64,000 bases of DNA from Callorhinchus milii (taxonomy: Eukaryota). The stretch is from positions 3,288,001 through 3,352,000 of the forward strand of contig NW_024704742.1 of the NCBI RefSeq assembly GCF_018977255.1, read 5' to 3'. The translations under genes and the position numbers were made by a program. Of this stretch, positions 53,133 to 64,000 are shown one piece after another. Numbering within the stretch: the stretch's first letter is position 1; each line of letters opens with the position of its first letter. The notes under the pieces were generated by a model, which was not told the origin of the DNA, did not search any database, and worked only from the letters and a program-made list of their open reading frames with translations.

Positions 53133-53297
53133 TTGATGGTGGGTGGACGGCATGGAGCAAATGGTCTACGTGTGGGACGGAATGCATGCACTGGCGGAGG
53201 AGGGAATGCACGGCTCCTGCCCCCAAAAACGGCGGGAAGGACTGCCCTGGACCCGTGTTAAACTCCAAAAACTGCACCGATGGCTTATGCATGCAAA
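53133..53297 (+). CDS. UNC5C: UNC5C exon 7 (165 nt), TSP1 repeat 2
   Basis: Acceptor tcaaaccttag|, donor |gtaagt. Translates [55 protein letters not shown]. Confidence 0.97.
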
Positions 53298-56200
53298 GTA
53301 AGTGAGGACACGGGCAAATCCGACTTGAGTTCACCAGCTAAAAACGGTTCTTCAGTGTGACCTTTTCGGTTTCTAAAGGAGGAGTAGAGCCCTGAAGGTT
53401 TTTTTTATTCCAATCTTATTTCGGTGTTATGTATTATTGCAATGAACCCTCCTGTGACTTACTGTGTATGACTATTCTGGTGAACACTAGCAGACTGTCT
53501 GTCATTTATTTACTTATTCTGAGCTGACAAGCAGTTCACATGAAGGTCTCCCAAACCTTTTTCCGGGCACTGGAAAGCATAAATATTCACACTTCGCGGA
53601 ATAAGAAAGGAAAAGCAGGCCAGTCCTGCCCCCCAGTGTGGTAGGAGACAGACTCCTGACTGATTTTTTCCCCCTTCGCCACATTAGTCAGTGAATAGAC
53701 TCAGAATGTGCCTGGCCTGCTGTTTACTGGTTTACTCAATCCCATGGGCTATTTGCAAAGTGCCCATTAGCCAAGACTGAAAGAGCAGGTCCCCTTCCTA
53801 ATTTTTTATCTGGGGAACCATACATCCCAGGGGAAAGATGGGATCTTAGGGATGGGAGAGGGAAATGTGTTTGTAGAAACGAAAGTCAATGTTTTGGGAT
53901 ATGTGCTCTGCTTGTGTGCATTTTAACGTGCATCTACTGTGAAGCAATTTTTATCGCAACAGGTGTGCGAAGGTTTTTGAGGTAGATGCTCTGGGTATGC
54001 CGGTGGGAAGTTGTGTCGGAGGAAAGGTTCAGTGTATTTGGGGGATGGATACCTCTGATTGTTTAAAGCTCCTGTTCCAGAATGACTTCCAGTCACTTCA
54101 CTCCCGAGCACCTCCTCCTACCTCTCCAACCTGCTAACACCCCGCTCTGCTACCCACCTTCTCCGCCCCACCATCGGCAGCTGTTCTTTCAGCCGCCACG
54201 TCGGGAGGACGTCCCAAGGCGCTGGACGGACAGAGTTACGGATCCGAGCTGGGGGTCGGGGTGGGGGGGGGGGGTGGGGTGTGGAGGGCGGGGGGAGGGT
54301 GGGGGGGGGGAGCAGGGAGATTGAAAGAATGGCAGCAGGTCATACAACAGAGGGGATGGGAAAACCTCAAAGCCACGCCTGATTCTGTCCCTGGCCAATG
54401 TTTAGACACCCGCACTTTCCATCAGGGGTCTCTGAATAACAGTCAGAATCAGGGACTCGAGCTGATTCAATCCCACCCCCCCACCACACACATCCCTAGG
54501 GACAAGGATTATCATCGTTGCCTCCAAATGCGTCCGACTCAGATGAGCTAACGCGACACAAACCTGTGACCATCCAATCCGTGTGGAGCAGCAAAATAAT
54601 TGCTGAATAAACTCTCCGTGCCATTCAGAAAGCCAGCCAGAGACAAGCGTTTAATCCTCAGGTTATCTCGTTTACTGCGAGTCCCTGGATTTTTATAGCT
54701 ACTAAACTGCACATTTCTGTAACCAAAATGTTGTGTGGCGGAGTTGAATTCAGTTCAAAAAAAAAAGCGAATCCTCCTTCTAAGTGCTGAGCGTTCTGAA
54801 CTTCTTTCGGCTCCTGTAAGGGGTTCAAATTGGTCCAACCTTGTCAGTTCACACGCAGCGGGAGATTGCGTTTGTGCCTCTGTGCGCGAATTGGGCGGCC
54901 GCCTTTCCCAACAAAGTGCACAGTCACTACGCTTTACAGTGAAATCCTGTGACGTCCTCCTCCTCCTCCTCCTCCTGGCGCGAAAGGCGCTGTATCAAAT
55001 GCGAGGGTTATTTTTTTGTTGAGATAGCAACCGCCTTACAAACAGCTCCAGTACTGGTATATGCCTGATGGTGGGGCTGCTAAACCGTTTGCACCCATTC
55101 CCCACTGTGATTTTAACGCCACCACCAGGAATCTAGAGGTACCGATGTCCCGAGAAAAAGTTCTCTGCTGTGAAGAGATTGAATGCTAAATAATTTTATG
55201 AAACGCAAACCTAATCAGAGATTTGAGCACATGAAATGTACTAATGAATAATGACTAAACGGATTCACCGCCCCGCTCTAGCACCTCCCTACCTCTACCC
55301 GAACTGCTTACATCTCACTTCAGGACCCACCCCCTTTACTCAGTTGTACGGCTTTCTCCACGTCTCTCGGCCCTTCTGCTCCACCATCGGTGGCTGTGCT
55401 TTCAGCCGCTACACCCAGAACTCTCTGCTTCAATCCATCCGCCTTGCCTCCTCCTTGCCTGTCTTCAGATCGTGCCATGAAAACCTTCTGCTGTGAACCT
55501 GCCCCCTCTCCCTGGCTCGGCATCAGGCCAAGCCACACATGTGTGTCACCTACACGTGGAAATTTCTCTGTGTCTGGCAAGAAATGCACACTGTCCCCCT
55601 GGAGGGATGCATTCTGTTTACCTAATTCTGGAGAGTATTAGGCGCAGATTGGTAAGAGCCAAGGCTTGGGAACCCCAGAGTGTGTGTTGGGGTACTGAGG
55701 GAGTCTAACCGGATAAAACCGCGTAGCTTGCCATTGGGAGTGCTGTCTGGCAAGCTTTCTTGCTGCTTGTCCAGCGAGGACCACCCTGTCTTTCAGAGCT
55801 TTGGTTTGCAGGGTTAACAGGAGCTGAGTGAGAAGAATCCGAGCCCCCAGCGACCAGTCTGCCCCTTTACTTCCTGCCAAGCTCAGGAACTGGAAAACCG
55901 AGAGTGCCACACAGTGGTGACTCGATTCCAATGTCACTTGGCCAAGCCTGTCATCTCGGAGCCAGTTTGGTTCCAAGGAGACCGCGATGAAGTCACCTCG
56001 TACCAGCTGCCTCATTGCTGGCGTTAGGAGAGGGTGAGAAGCAGATTAAATCCCATTCCTGCAGCCTGCCCTACAAGCTGAGCCATGTAAAACTCCATAC
56101 CATTGCAACAACAACAACATTACATTTATATTAGCGCCGTTCACGTCATCGGGCCACTCCAGACATTTTCGTTTGCGTTCTTTGAAAACAAAAGGACGAA

Positions 56201-56749
56201 ATATGTAATTTTTCCAAGGAAATCACTTTGGGACCTGTTCAGCTCCATTAAAGCCGAACTGTATTCAATTATCCTCACGTGCAGTCCTCTTGGAGTTGAA
56301 CGGGGTCCGAGAGAAAATAAATCAAGAGGATCTACGAGCAGAAGCAAACTTTCTTTGAGCTGTTTGTTTTTTTCTCACTGCTGGAGATGGCCACTGAATG
56401 TGGAACAACTCGACTGGTGTCTGTGGTACCTGTGTCTGAACAATGAGTTTCGGCAGATTTTTTGACTGTGGGGAGAAGGCCTTGGGAGGCAGTAGAAATC
56501 AGAATGCCCGATATTTATCCCACTGAGCCAATAATGCTATCATCTCAATAATCATCTCGGGGTTAGCTGAGCAGACAATGAAACCTCCACTGGCTTTGCA
56601 GGCTCCATACCCATTTCTGCTCCATACCTACCAAAGGAAGAGGATGAGAATTAAGAAGGTGTGGCTTTGGATGAGGGAGGGCAGTCGGGGTGGCTGCTCT
56701 GGAACAACAAGCGGCAAGTGCCGAGACGAGCCAAGATGTGCCCTTACCC

Positions 56750-57173
56750 ACACATTTGTCACCCCACACTCCCCCGCCTCGATTCTTCCGATGCCCTCCT
56801 CACCGGTCTCCCCAGCTCGGTCATTCATAAACCCAATTGATACAACACTCCACCGCCCAGATCTTCACCTGCACCAAACTCCACCCTGGCATCACCCCAT
56901 TTCCTTGCCAGGCTCCCTGGCTGCCACCTGCGAAACGGTTCGATTTCAGGATTGTCACGCTCATATATGTACAAATCACTTCACGCCCCTGACCGACCTG
57001 CTTACACCCCCCCACTCCACTACCTGCCGCCTGCGCTCAGCTGGCTCCGGCCTCCTACACATCCCTGCCCTCCACTCCACCGCCACCGCCTGGCTCAGTG
57101 TCGAGCTCCGCCACTCTTAAGTGTTCCCCCTGTGGAGCGCGTGGTATAAATGTAAGTAGTTGTTGTTGTTGTT
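56750..57173 (+). mobile_element. L2 LINE 3' fragment
   Basis: C-rich; ccctggctgcca...ttcgatttcaggatt (WLP..RFDFRI); ends gtataaatgtaagtagttgttgttgttgttg. Confidence 0.7.
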
Positions 57174-57380
57174 GTAGATGCACTAGTGATTGCCTCATGT
57201 TAATCGGCCAAACAGCTAGCAACACAATGTGACCTGGACCGTATGACCCAGTAAACCCCCACCTCCTGCCCCAGCACCCACGCTCGCACCATTCACGGCG
57301 ATAGGAAAAGCGGACCGTTCCCCGGGCTGCTCCCAGAGGTCGGCAATAAGCTTGAGAGCGATTGAGCGTCTGATTTCCGC

Positions 57381-57388
57381 TGACGTCA
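57381..57388. promoter_or_regulatory. Palindromic CRE motif TGACGTCA in a CpG-retaining intronic stretch
   Basis: Exact 8-mer. Function unsupported; about one such 8-mer is expected by chance in 64 kb. Confidence 0.2.
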
Positions 57389-58469
57389 ATACCAGCTGAG
57401 CTTGATCCTCACGGTATATGAAGTGATCCGGAGATCCTCAATTGAACCAGGGCTTCGTGACTCACTGCCTGACCATTTATAATTCAGCCCAGTAATAATA
57501 ATTGTAGAATTCACTGCAGCGGCGTGGAGCATGCTGCTTTGGCTACGAGCGTGACTTTAGGGAGGTTTCCCAGCGATTTATAGACTCCGGCATTTCTGTC
57601 TCGTGATCCAAACGGAATCTCATTAAACTCTGGTATCTGTCTCCCAGGTTACCTCGAAGCCCGTGGGAGGCTTTCGTTCTTGCCTTATTTTCTTCCAACA
57701 GACACGCTCAACCCGAACCAGAAGCTCTCTTCCTAATATATTTTCTTAATAGCTGCGGTCCTTTAACAGCGGCGTTGCAATTGCATCGCGTGCTTCGGAA
57801 GGAATTAAAAAAGATTAATTTTTTTTTCTCTCTCGAGTACAAATTGTCAGAAATTTCACGTAATGGATTAAACCTTGCGTTCTTTGCGAAATCCTATTAG
57901 ATAGCCATTAAACGTAAAAGGGAAGTAGTCCCACAGGAGCTATGCAAGAGGGTTCTTGTTGATGACGGGCATTTAACCTGTGCCCAGAGCCATCAGCCTT
58001 CTGCCTGCCCTCAGCACTAAGTACAGGCCAGTGTCAAGCGTGGTGATTACATTGAATCTGCCAGGATTATTCCAAAATGTACTCAGGGACGTGGAGCATA
58101 TGGTTGCATTTGGGGCCTGAAAAAGCTTCTGCGTATGATAATGTGCATCAACATTTATAGCCTCTCCATCCATTAAGGTTCTCCATAAAATGACAATGGG
58201 CCTGAGCTGTCTCCTGGTGTTGGGAGTGCGATGGTGTTGCATTTCAAGCTGTAATACAATCAGTCTGGCCATTATTTCTTAATGGAACACACTAAAATTC
58301 AATCAGCGGCCTCCGTATCTCTGCAATCTGCTGCAGCGGAGATCGGTAATCCTGCATTTGAAGCTTATTGTCGTTTCTAGTGGTGGTATTTTTTCTTCTT
58401 TGTTTATGAACCTTTTTTTTTAAACTTTTATTTCCAACCTCTTTTTCTTTTGTGTTCGTTTTCTTGAAG

Positions 58470-58526
58470 GTTTATTTTATCAAATTTCCACAGAACAGAA
58501 AGCTCGCAGCGACTTTGGATATTCCT
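58470..58526 (+). CDS. UNC5C: UNC5C alternative cassette exon (57 nt, 19 codons) between TSP1-2 and the transmembrane helix
   Basis: Long U-rich tract then ttcttgaag|, consensus donor |gtaagt, phase 1-1, no stop. Inclusion changes ...CMQ-T-APG... to ...CMQ-SLFYQISTEQKARSDFGYSS-APG..., resembling the insert I recall from the long mammalian isoform (SFIYPISTEQRTQNEYGFSS). Confidence 0.88.
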
Positions 58527-58576
58527 GTAAGTTTTGTTTTCTTCCTTTTTGTTTGGAGTTTATGTGCGGATTATAA

Positions 58577-58928
58577 TAGGGTGACCATAAGTCCTGATTC
58601 CCAGGGACAGTCTCCGGACGAGGTATTGCGTCCCTGGGACCAAATTTGCCCCGTCTTGAGTTCAGCCACAAACTGAGCGGGATCAATAAAATTCTAAAAC
58701 ACGTTCGCTCATCAGAGAAACACAGCCACACGGCCGTTAATCCCACACGCCAGCTAACCTGCGCCGAGAGCCATCAGCCTTCTGGGCAGGCAGAACGCTC
58801 ATGCCCCCGGACACAGGTTAAGTACCATTCGTCAACAAGATCCCTCTCACACCATCAGCAGTTGTGGGTGAGTTAAATTGTTTTATATACACGTCCCCGG
58901 ATTTGGTTTACAGACCATGGTCACCCTA
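58577..58928. mobile_element. Non-autonomous hAT DNA transposon (MITE, Blackjack/MER94-like ends), 352 bp
   Basis: Perfect 12-bp terminal inverted repeats TAGGGTGACCAT (58577-58588) and ATGGTCACCCTA (58917-58928). Exact 8-bp target-site duplication GATTATAA (58569-58576 and 58929-58936). Subterminal GGGAC/GTCCC motifs. Confidence 0.92.
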
Positions 58929-60742
58929 GATTATAACCCTTTCAGTTTGCCTTTATTTTTATTTTGAGTTTGGTTTCTTCGTTTCGCAATGTAAGTGCTT
59001 AGAGGACACCTCACTGCCTGCAACTAGTTGATACAGGACACACGGTAAGAGGTCTCATAAGCACTGAAGGGGTCTTACAGCCTTCTACCATGTGAAGATG
59101 TAGAACCTCTCAGCCTTCGTTCTAGCTTTCATACTAATAATTGGGGGTCACTCAATCCACGGCTGTCTGTGGGGGACGCTGCTGTGCGCAATTAGCTGCC
59201 GCGTTTCACCCACAAAATACACAGTCGATTCGCTTTACAGTAATATCCCCTGAAGCGCTTGGAGACGTCTCGAAGACGTGATAAGGCGCTGCATCAAATG
59301 CAAGGATAATTATTATTATTTTTACATTATTCTGAGGCAAACGTCTCCTTAAAGCGGAACCGCTGTCTGTCTGTTCAAACAGCGTCATGAGATCTTTAAC
59401 TCCACCTGACCCTGCAGATTGGACACAACTTTAACGTCTCGTCCTAAGGACGGCACTTCTGACGATGCAACCCTCACCCCCCCAACCCACCCCAGCACTG
59501 TGTTGGAGTATCAACCTAAGACTAATTGAGTTCAATACGGACACGGGGATTAGCGCAGTCAACACGCACTCAACTCAGCGTAGACTGGGAGTAGAACATT
59601 CCAATCTGTGAGGTCCAGGACTGCACCAGATGATGCCCCTATCAGGACGCACTCTGTACCCGATCCTTGGTTCCCATTTGAAGGATCTGTGAAGGGTTTA
59701 ACTGAGAGCTTGACGGGTGTGGAATTTTAAAATTGGTAAATTGCGCGAAAGAACGCTCACGTCGTTTAGACCGCACCAAAATCTAACCAACCCCCCCCCC
59801 AGTGCTAAACTAGCATAGCAAACGTAATGTTCTGCCGAAATGGTTTGTAAACGTTGGGTTTTGGGCCTTGTTGTCTGAGTTAGTTGAAGGACGCGACAGA
59901 GACATCAGTAAAAAGGGAATGGGAGATCATTCCTCTGTGACTGAGGAAATTGGTGCAATCCCACAGACTATTTATACGGGGAAAATATTATTCTGGGATG
60001 CTTAGGCTTGAGGTAAGAGCAACAGTGCCTATAAAACATACAGTCACCACACTTTACAGTATATCCTGTGAAGTCCTTTGAGGTGTTTTCCTGACGCAAA
60101 AGCCACTATACCAAATGCAAAGATTATTATTATTATTGTCATTGAGGCATCATCACATTTCATGCCCCAACAGATACATTTTTATGCATCAAAATTAATG
60201 GGTAATATATTCCACACTCGAAATAACTGCCTGCACTTTGTAATTAAGAAATATTGTGGTGTGATTTGATGCATCTCTTAACAAATTCTTTAACGGAACT
60301 TGTCGGTATTAATTTCCAGAGCATCTGATTTTAAACTCACCTCACGCACGTTTGGTGCTTCAGAAAATCCGATAATTGCACATTTCTTGCTGAGAAATAC
60401 AGCAAATAGGATTCCAGTGCGAGGTGGAGCGTAGGAATCTGTCGTTGATAAATGTTCGCAGTCAGGACTGAGGACACAATGGGGCCCAAGTACAGTGCAG
60501 TTCAGCTCCAGGGAAACTTTACGTCCTTCCCTTGGAGAGGAGGGAAGGAGTAGACCCACTGATATAAAAAATAAGTAAGGAATAATATTTGAACAAAGTA
60601 TAGCTGGTCCCAAGTCCAGGGTTCAACCAATTGAGCAACTGCCGCGATGCATTTCCTTCGCTCCAGTTCTCAGAAGTAGGGGTGTCCAGAGGTCCCATCG
60701 GCTTTTGTGGTTCCAATTTAGGACCCTTTCCTGTCTCCGCAG

Positions 60743-60934
60743 CTGCGCCAGGGTCAGATGACGTGGCTCTTTATGTGGGCGTGGTGGTGGCGGTGATCGT
60801 CTGCCTGGCCATCCTGATGGTCGTGGTGATGTTCGTTTACCGAAAGAACCACCGAGACTTCAATTCCGACATCCGTGACTCCGCAGCTCTCAACGGGGGC
60901 TTCCAGCCCGTGAGCATCAAGACGTCCAGGCAAG
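60743..60934 (+). CDS. UNC5C: UNC5C exon 8 (192 nt), transmembrane helix and juxtamembrane region
   Basis: Acceptor tttcctgtctccgcag|, donor |gtgggt. Translates (T)[63 protein letters not shown](D). Confidence 0.97.
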
Positions 60935-61162
60935 GTGGGTGGTTGGGTGGGTGGATTGGTTGGTTGATTGGTTGGTCGTGGTTTTATTCGTAGCGTTCGG
61001 TTTGATAAGGTGGCCTTCTGACATCTCCTTGTGTTTGAGAGAATCACACGTTACATGCTGAGCTGTGCTGCGGATGCTATCATTCTGGGGCATTGGCGTA
61101 TTTTCTCCCTTTGACGTGGATTTCCTTAAGTGCCTTAAGAAAGCATTGCTGCCAGTTCAACA

Positions 61163-61690
61163 CAACAACAAGAACAGCAAATTGAACTCATAGGGCGTCT
61201 TGCAAGTCGGGAGGATGTCCTGAGGCGCTGGACTTTCCAGGGTTTGCACCAGCCCGGGCTGGTGGTTGGATTCTGGGTGGGGAGCAAGCGGGGGTGGGAA
61301 GATGTCTGAAAGTGTGGTCAAAGGGGAAAGTCATGAGACAGACCTTGAAGGAGATGAGGGAAAGGGAGAGGCAAAGGGACTCTTAGGATTCCTAGGATGG
61401 ATTTCTAGGAAGTGGGGACAGAAGGGGCTGAAGGCCCAACTGCCAATAGTGGGGCAGGCAGGGTGTGGAGTATGAAGGTCAGAGAGGTGGGGGGGAAGAG
61501 GTCGGGGGGGGCAAGATTGTGGAGAGTGTTTAAATTGAGAATGAGGGTCTTGAACTCGATCTTCTGAGGCATAGGGAGCCAGTTGAGCCGGACAACGATG
61601 GGGTAGATTGGCGGGCAATATTGCAGAGTTGTGGGAGAAGCTGGATGGGTCAAGGCATGGACGTGGGGTTTAAAGGACAGTTGAGAACAG
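61163..61690 (-). mobile_element. L2 LINE 3' fragment (ORF2 C-terminus, 3' UTR, (GTT)n tail)
   Basis: The minus frame contains LNWLPMPQKIEFKTLILNLNTLHNLAPPDL, matching the L2 motif LHWLP..RI.FK......LH.LAP.YL. Confidence 0.85.
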
Positions 61691-62649
61691 AACAAGACAC
61701 TGGTTTTGTGAAGGGGAATGCACTTCCATGTAGATTGATGCTGTCAAGCCAAGTAGGAGAGGCCTCTGTCTTGTCAACATTCAACTGGAGAACGCTAGCT
61801 CTCATCCAGGACTTGGTGACCGATCGGCAATCCGTCAGGACAGCGGCGGTCCTGGAATCGAGGGAGGCAACAGGACAACTGTGGAGCAAAGTTCCATTTG
61901 GGTCTCGATTTACTCTGTTTATGTGACATTTTAACCTGAAGAATGTGGCAAGTAAGTTGAATTCAGTCTGAACGTTGATGCTGGTTTTCTGTATAGTTTT
62001 TAAAGAAACCAGCAGAAGATTAGCTTCAAAACTGAGGCTGTGTTTAACAATTTGATAAATTCTGGAAGACCTAACATGCCACATTAGAATTGACCCAGGA
62101 GGAATTCCTACCAATTGGAGCCCAATATTTACAGTGTGGAATTAGTAACAAATGGAAAACTGCGTTCACGTGAAGGAGAGATCCCTGGCTACACGTGATA
62201 GGATCGAGACGTTTAAAATATTAAAGGGGATTCACAATCAAAAAAAGGCAGAAAAAAAAGGGCTCTTCGCTCCAGTAGGGGAATTAAGAACATGGAAACA
62301 TAAGGTTAACATGAACAACAATTTGCATTTACTTAGCGGCCTTCACACGAGCTCACGTCTCAGAGCGCTCGAACGAAAGGGAAGACGGTTAGAAAGAAAG
62401 CCAGAGAAACAATACACACAGAATCAATGTCAGTTCTTGGGTTGATCGACAGACACTCTTGAAGGCAGGGAATTAGGGGCAACGGAGAAAAGGCAGGAAA
62501 CGGGATTAGAGCCAAAAAGAGCTACGATCTAATAAAAGGGTGGGACAGGCACAAAGGGATAAATGCTCTTTTCCCACAAGCGCAGTAAGTGCCGCTTGAG
62601 TGGAGAAGGCCTCTTTATAAAATGATGGTCTTATTGTTTCTCCGTCCAG

Positions 62650-63003
62650 ATAACTCTCACCTGCTCGGAGTCCAGCCTGACCTCACAGCTGCTGCCGCCT
62701 TGTACCGGGGTCCGGTCTACGCATTGCACGACATCGCAGACAAGATCCCGATGACCAACTCGCCGCTGCTCGACCCGCTGCCCAACCTTAAGATAAAGGT
62801 CTACAATTCTTCCTGCGGCATCACGCCGCAAGAGGAGACGGTGGACCTGGCGGCCAAACTCTCCCCACGCAACACCGAGTCGCTGCTCGACAGTGAGACC
62901 CAGAACCTCAAGAACCAAAGAGTGGTCGAGCAGAAGGACCCAACCTGCAGTGCGTTCGGGAGTTTCAACATCCTGGGCGGCCATCTTATAGTGCCCAACT
63001 CTG
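62650..63003 (+). CDS. UNC5C: UNC5C exon 9 (354 nt), cytoplasmic linker and start of ZU5
   Basis: Acceptor gtttctccgtccag|, donor |gtaaat. Translates [55 protein letters not shown]...[17 protein letters not shown](G). Confidence 0.96.
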
Positions 63004-63727
63004 GTAAATCTCCCTGTGGTTTTATAAATCTAGGTAAATCTACCTACCCGTGATCGTACAGCTCCGGTAAATTGGTTCCACTCTACCGCAACTCGATTGC
63101 CGTGATAAAGCACCAGACAATCGGCACACGGATAGCATTTATCCCACAAACAGCCACACAGCGAGTGACCTAGCTTTATCTGGGAGATCGGTTGGCCAAG
63201 ACACCGGGAGAAACTCCCTTCTCTTCTAGAAACACGCAGACTGGATCTCAGCTTAACGTCTTATCTCCGACGAATACAGCACGTACGGCAATGCAACCCA
63301 ACTGTGTTGGAGTCTCAGGCTAGGCTTTTGTATCATTGCACCATGCAACAGGGTTAGGGTTAGGGTTGGGATTTAGGCACCGCTGTCAGTTCAAGATAGT
63401 GGGATCGTACGTACGTATTGTATTTCTTCACAAAAAATATTCCCCCGCGTAGAAATTCAAGGATAATAATAATAATAATAATAATAATCCTTGCATTTAT
63501 ATAGTGCTTTTCACGTCTTCTAGATTTACACATTTACTATTAAATAATCTGTTAAGAAATACAATAAATAAGATCAAAATTCCCCCCCACACCCCCCCCC
63601 CCCCCAACCCCTTCCCTTTGCCCATCCCTGGTTGATGATCACATGGTTGATATCCGGTGCCGATGTCAGCCTCAGCTCCTTCGCTACGCTGGATTTGCTT
63701 AGAACGTTCTTCTGTGATTGTTCCTAG

Positions 63728-63815
63728 GAATAAGCTTACTGGTGCCAGCAGGAGCCATTCCCCAGGGCAGAGTGTACGAGATGTATCTGACTGTACATCG
63801 GAAGGAGAACCTGAG
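63728..63815 (+). CDS. UNC5C: UNC5C exon 10 (88 nt), ZU5 domain
   Basis: Acceptor attgttcctag|, donor |gtaacg. Translates [29 protein letters not shown](R). Confidence 0.96.
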
Positions 63816-64000
63816 GTAACGGCGCTCGTTTATCCGGAGGCGTTTTACAAATTTACCTGTCCGTGTTCGAGATGTTTGTGTGTGCGTGTGCGTGCGCGCG
63901 TGCGCTGGTGCCTGTGTCTGTTGGTTGCAGTGCCTACCCTATTCAAGATTTGTCAAGAAATGCAAATGCATCTTTTTCACTGTGTTGCGTGTTGTAAGGG

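Noticed and set aside
56578..57120. Longest ORF in the track (180 aa)
   Set aside because: It runs through a C-rich decayed L2 fragment; low-complexity and not a plausible gene.
63350..63377. Telomere-like gggttagggttagggtt
   Set aside because: Only two to three units; too short to call an interstitial telomeric site.

Overview
This window is vertebrate genomic DNA, most likely from a cartilaginous fish. The repeat landscape and compact introns suggest a chimaera such as Callorhinchus, but that is an inference. The whole window lies inside one + strand gene, the netrin receptor UNC5C. I reconstructed coding exons 2-10 by hand from GT-AG boundaries and phase: 222, 144, 104, 181, 168, 165, 192, 354 and 88 nt. 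They encode Ig1, Ig2, TSP1-1, TSP1-2, the transmembrane helix, the juxtamembrane caspase site and the start of ZU5. A 57-nt in-frame cassette exon at 58470-58526 is missed by the ORF track. Exon 1 and the exons for the rest of ZU5, UPA and the death domain are outside the window. Introns are full of tRNA-derived SINEs with Deu-type bodies and (TAA)n tails, a second SINE with a tRNA-Val-like head, L2 and CR1 LINE fragments, an AmnSINE2-like family, one clean hAT MITE and unclassified repeats. Almost all listed ORFs are spurious. There is no prokaryote-type system (no CRISPR array or operon). The most interesting signals concern RNA processing: the cassette exon with a hAT MITE 50 nt downstream, a duplicated in-frame splice donor after exon 9, and near-identical inverted SINEs that could form dsRNA or circularise exons 4-6. 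Comparisons with human UNC5C and named repeat families are from recall and need alignment to confirm.
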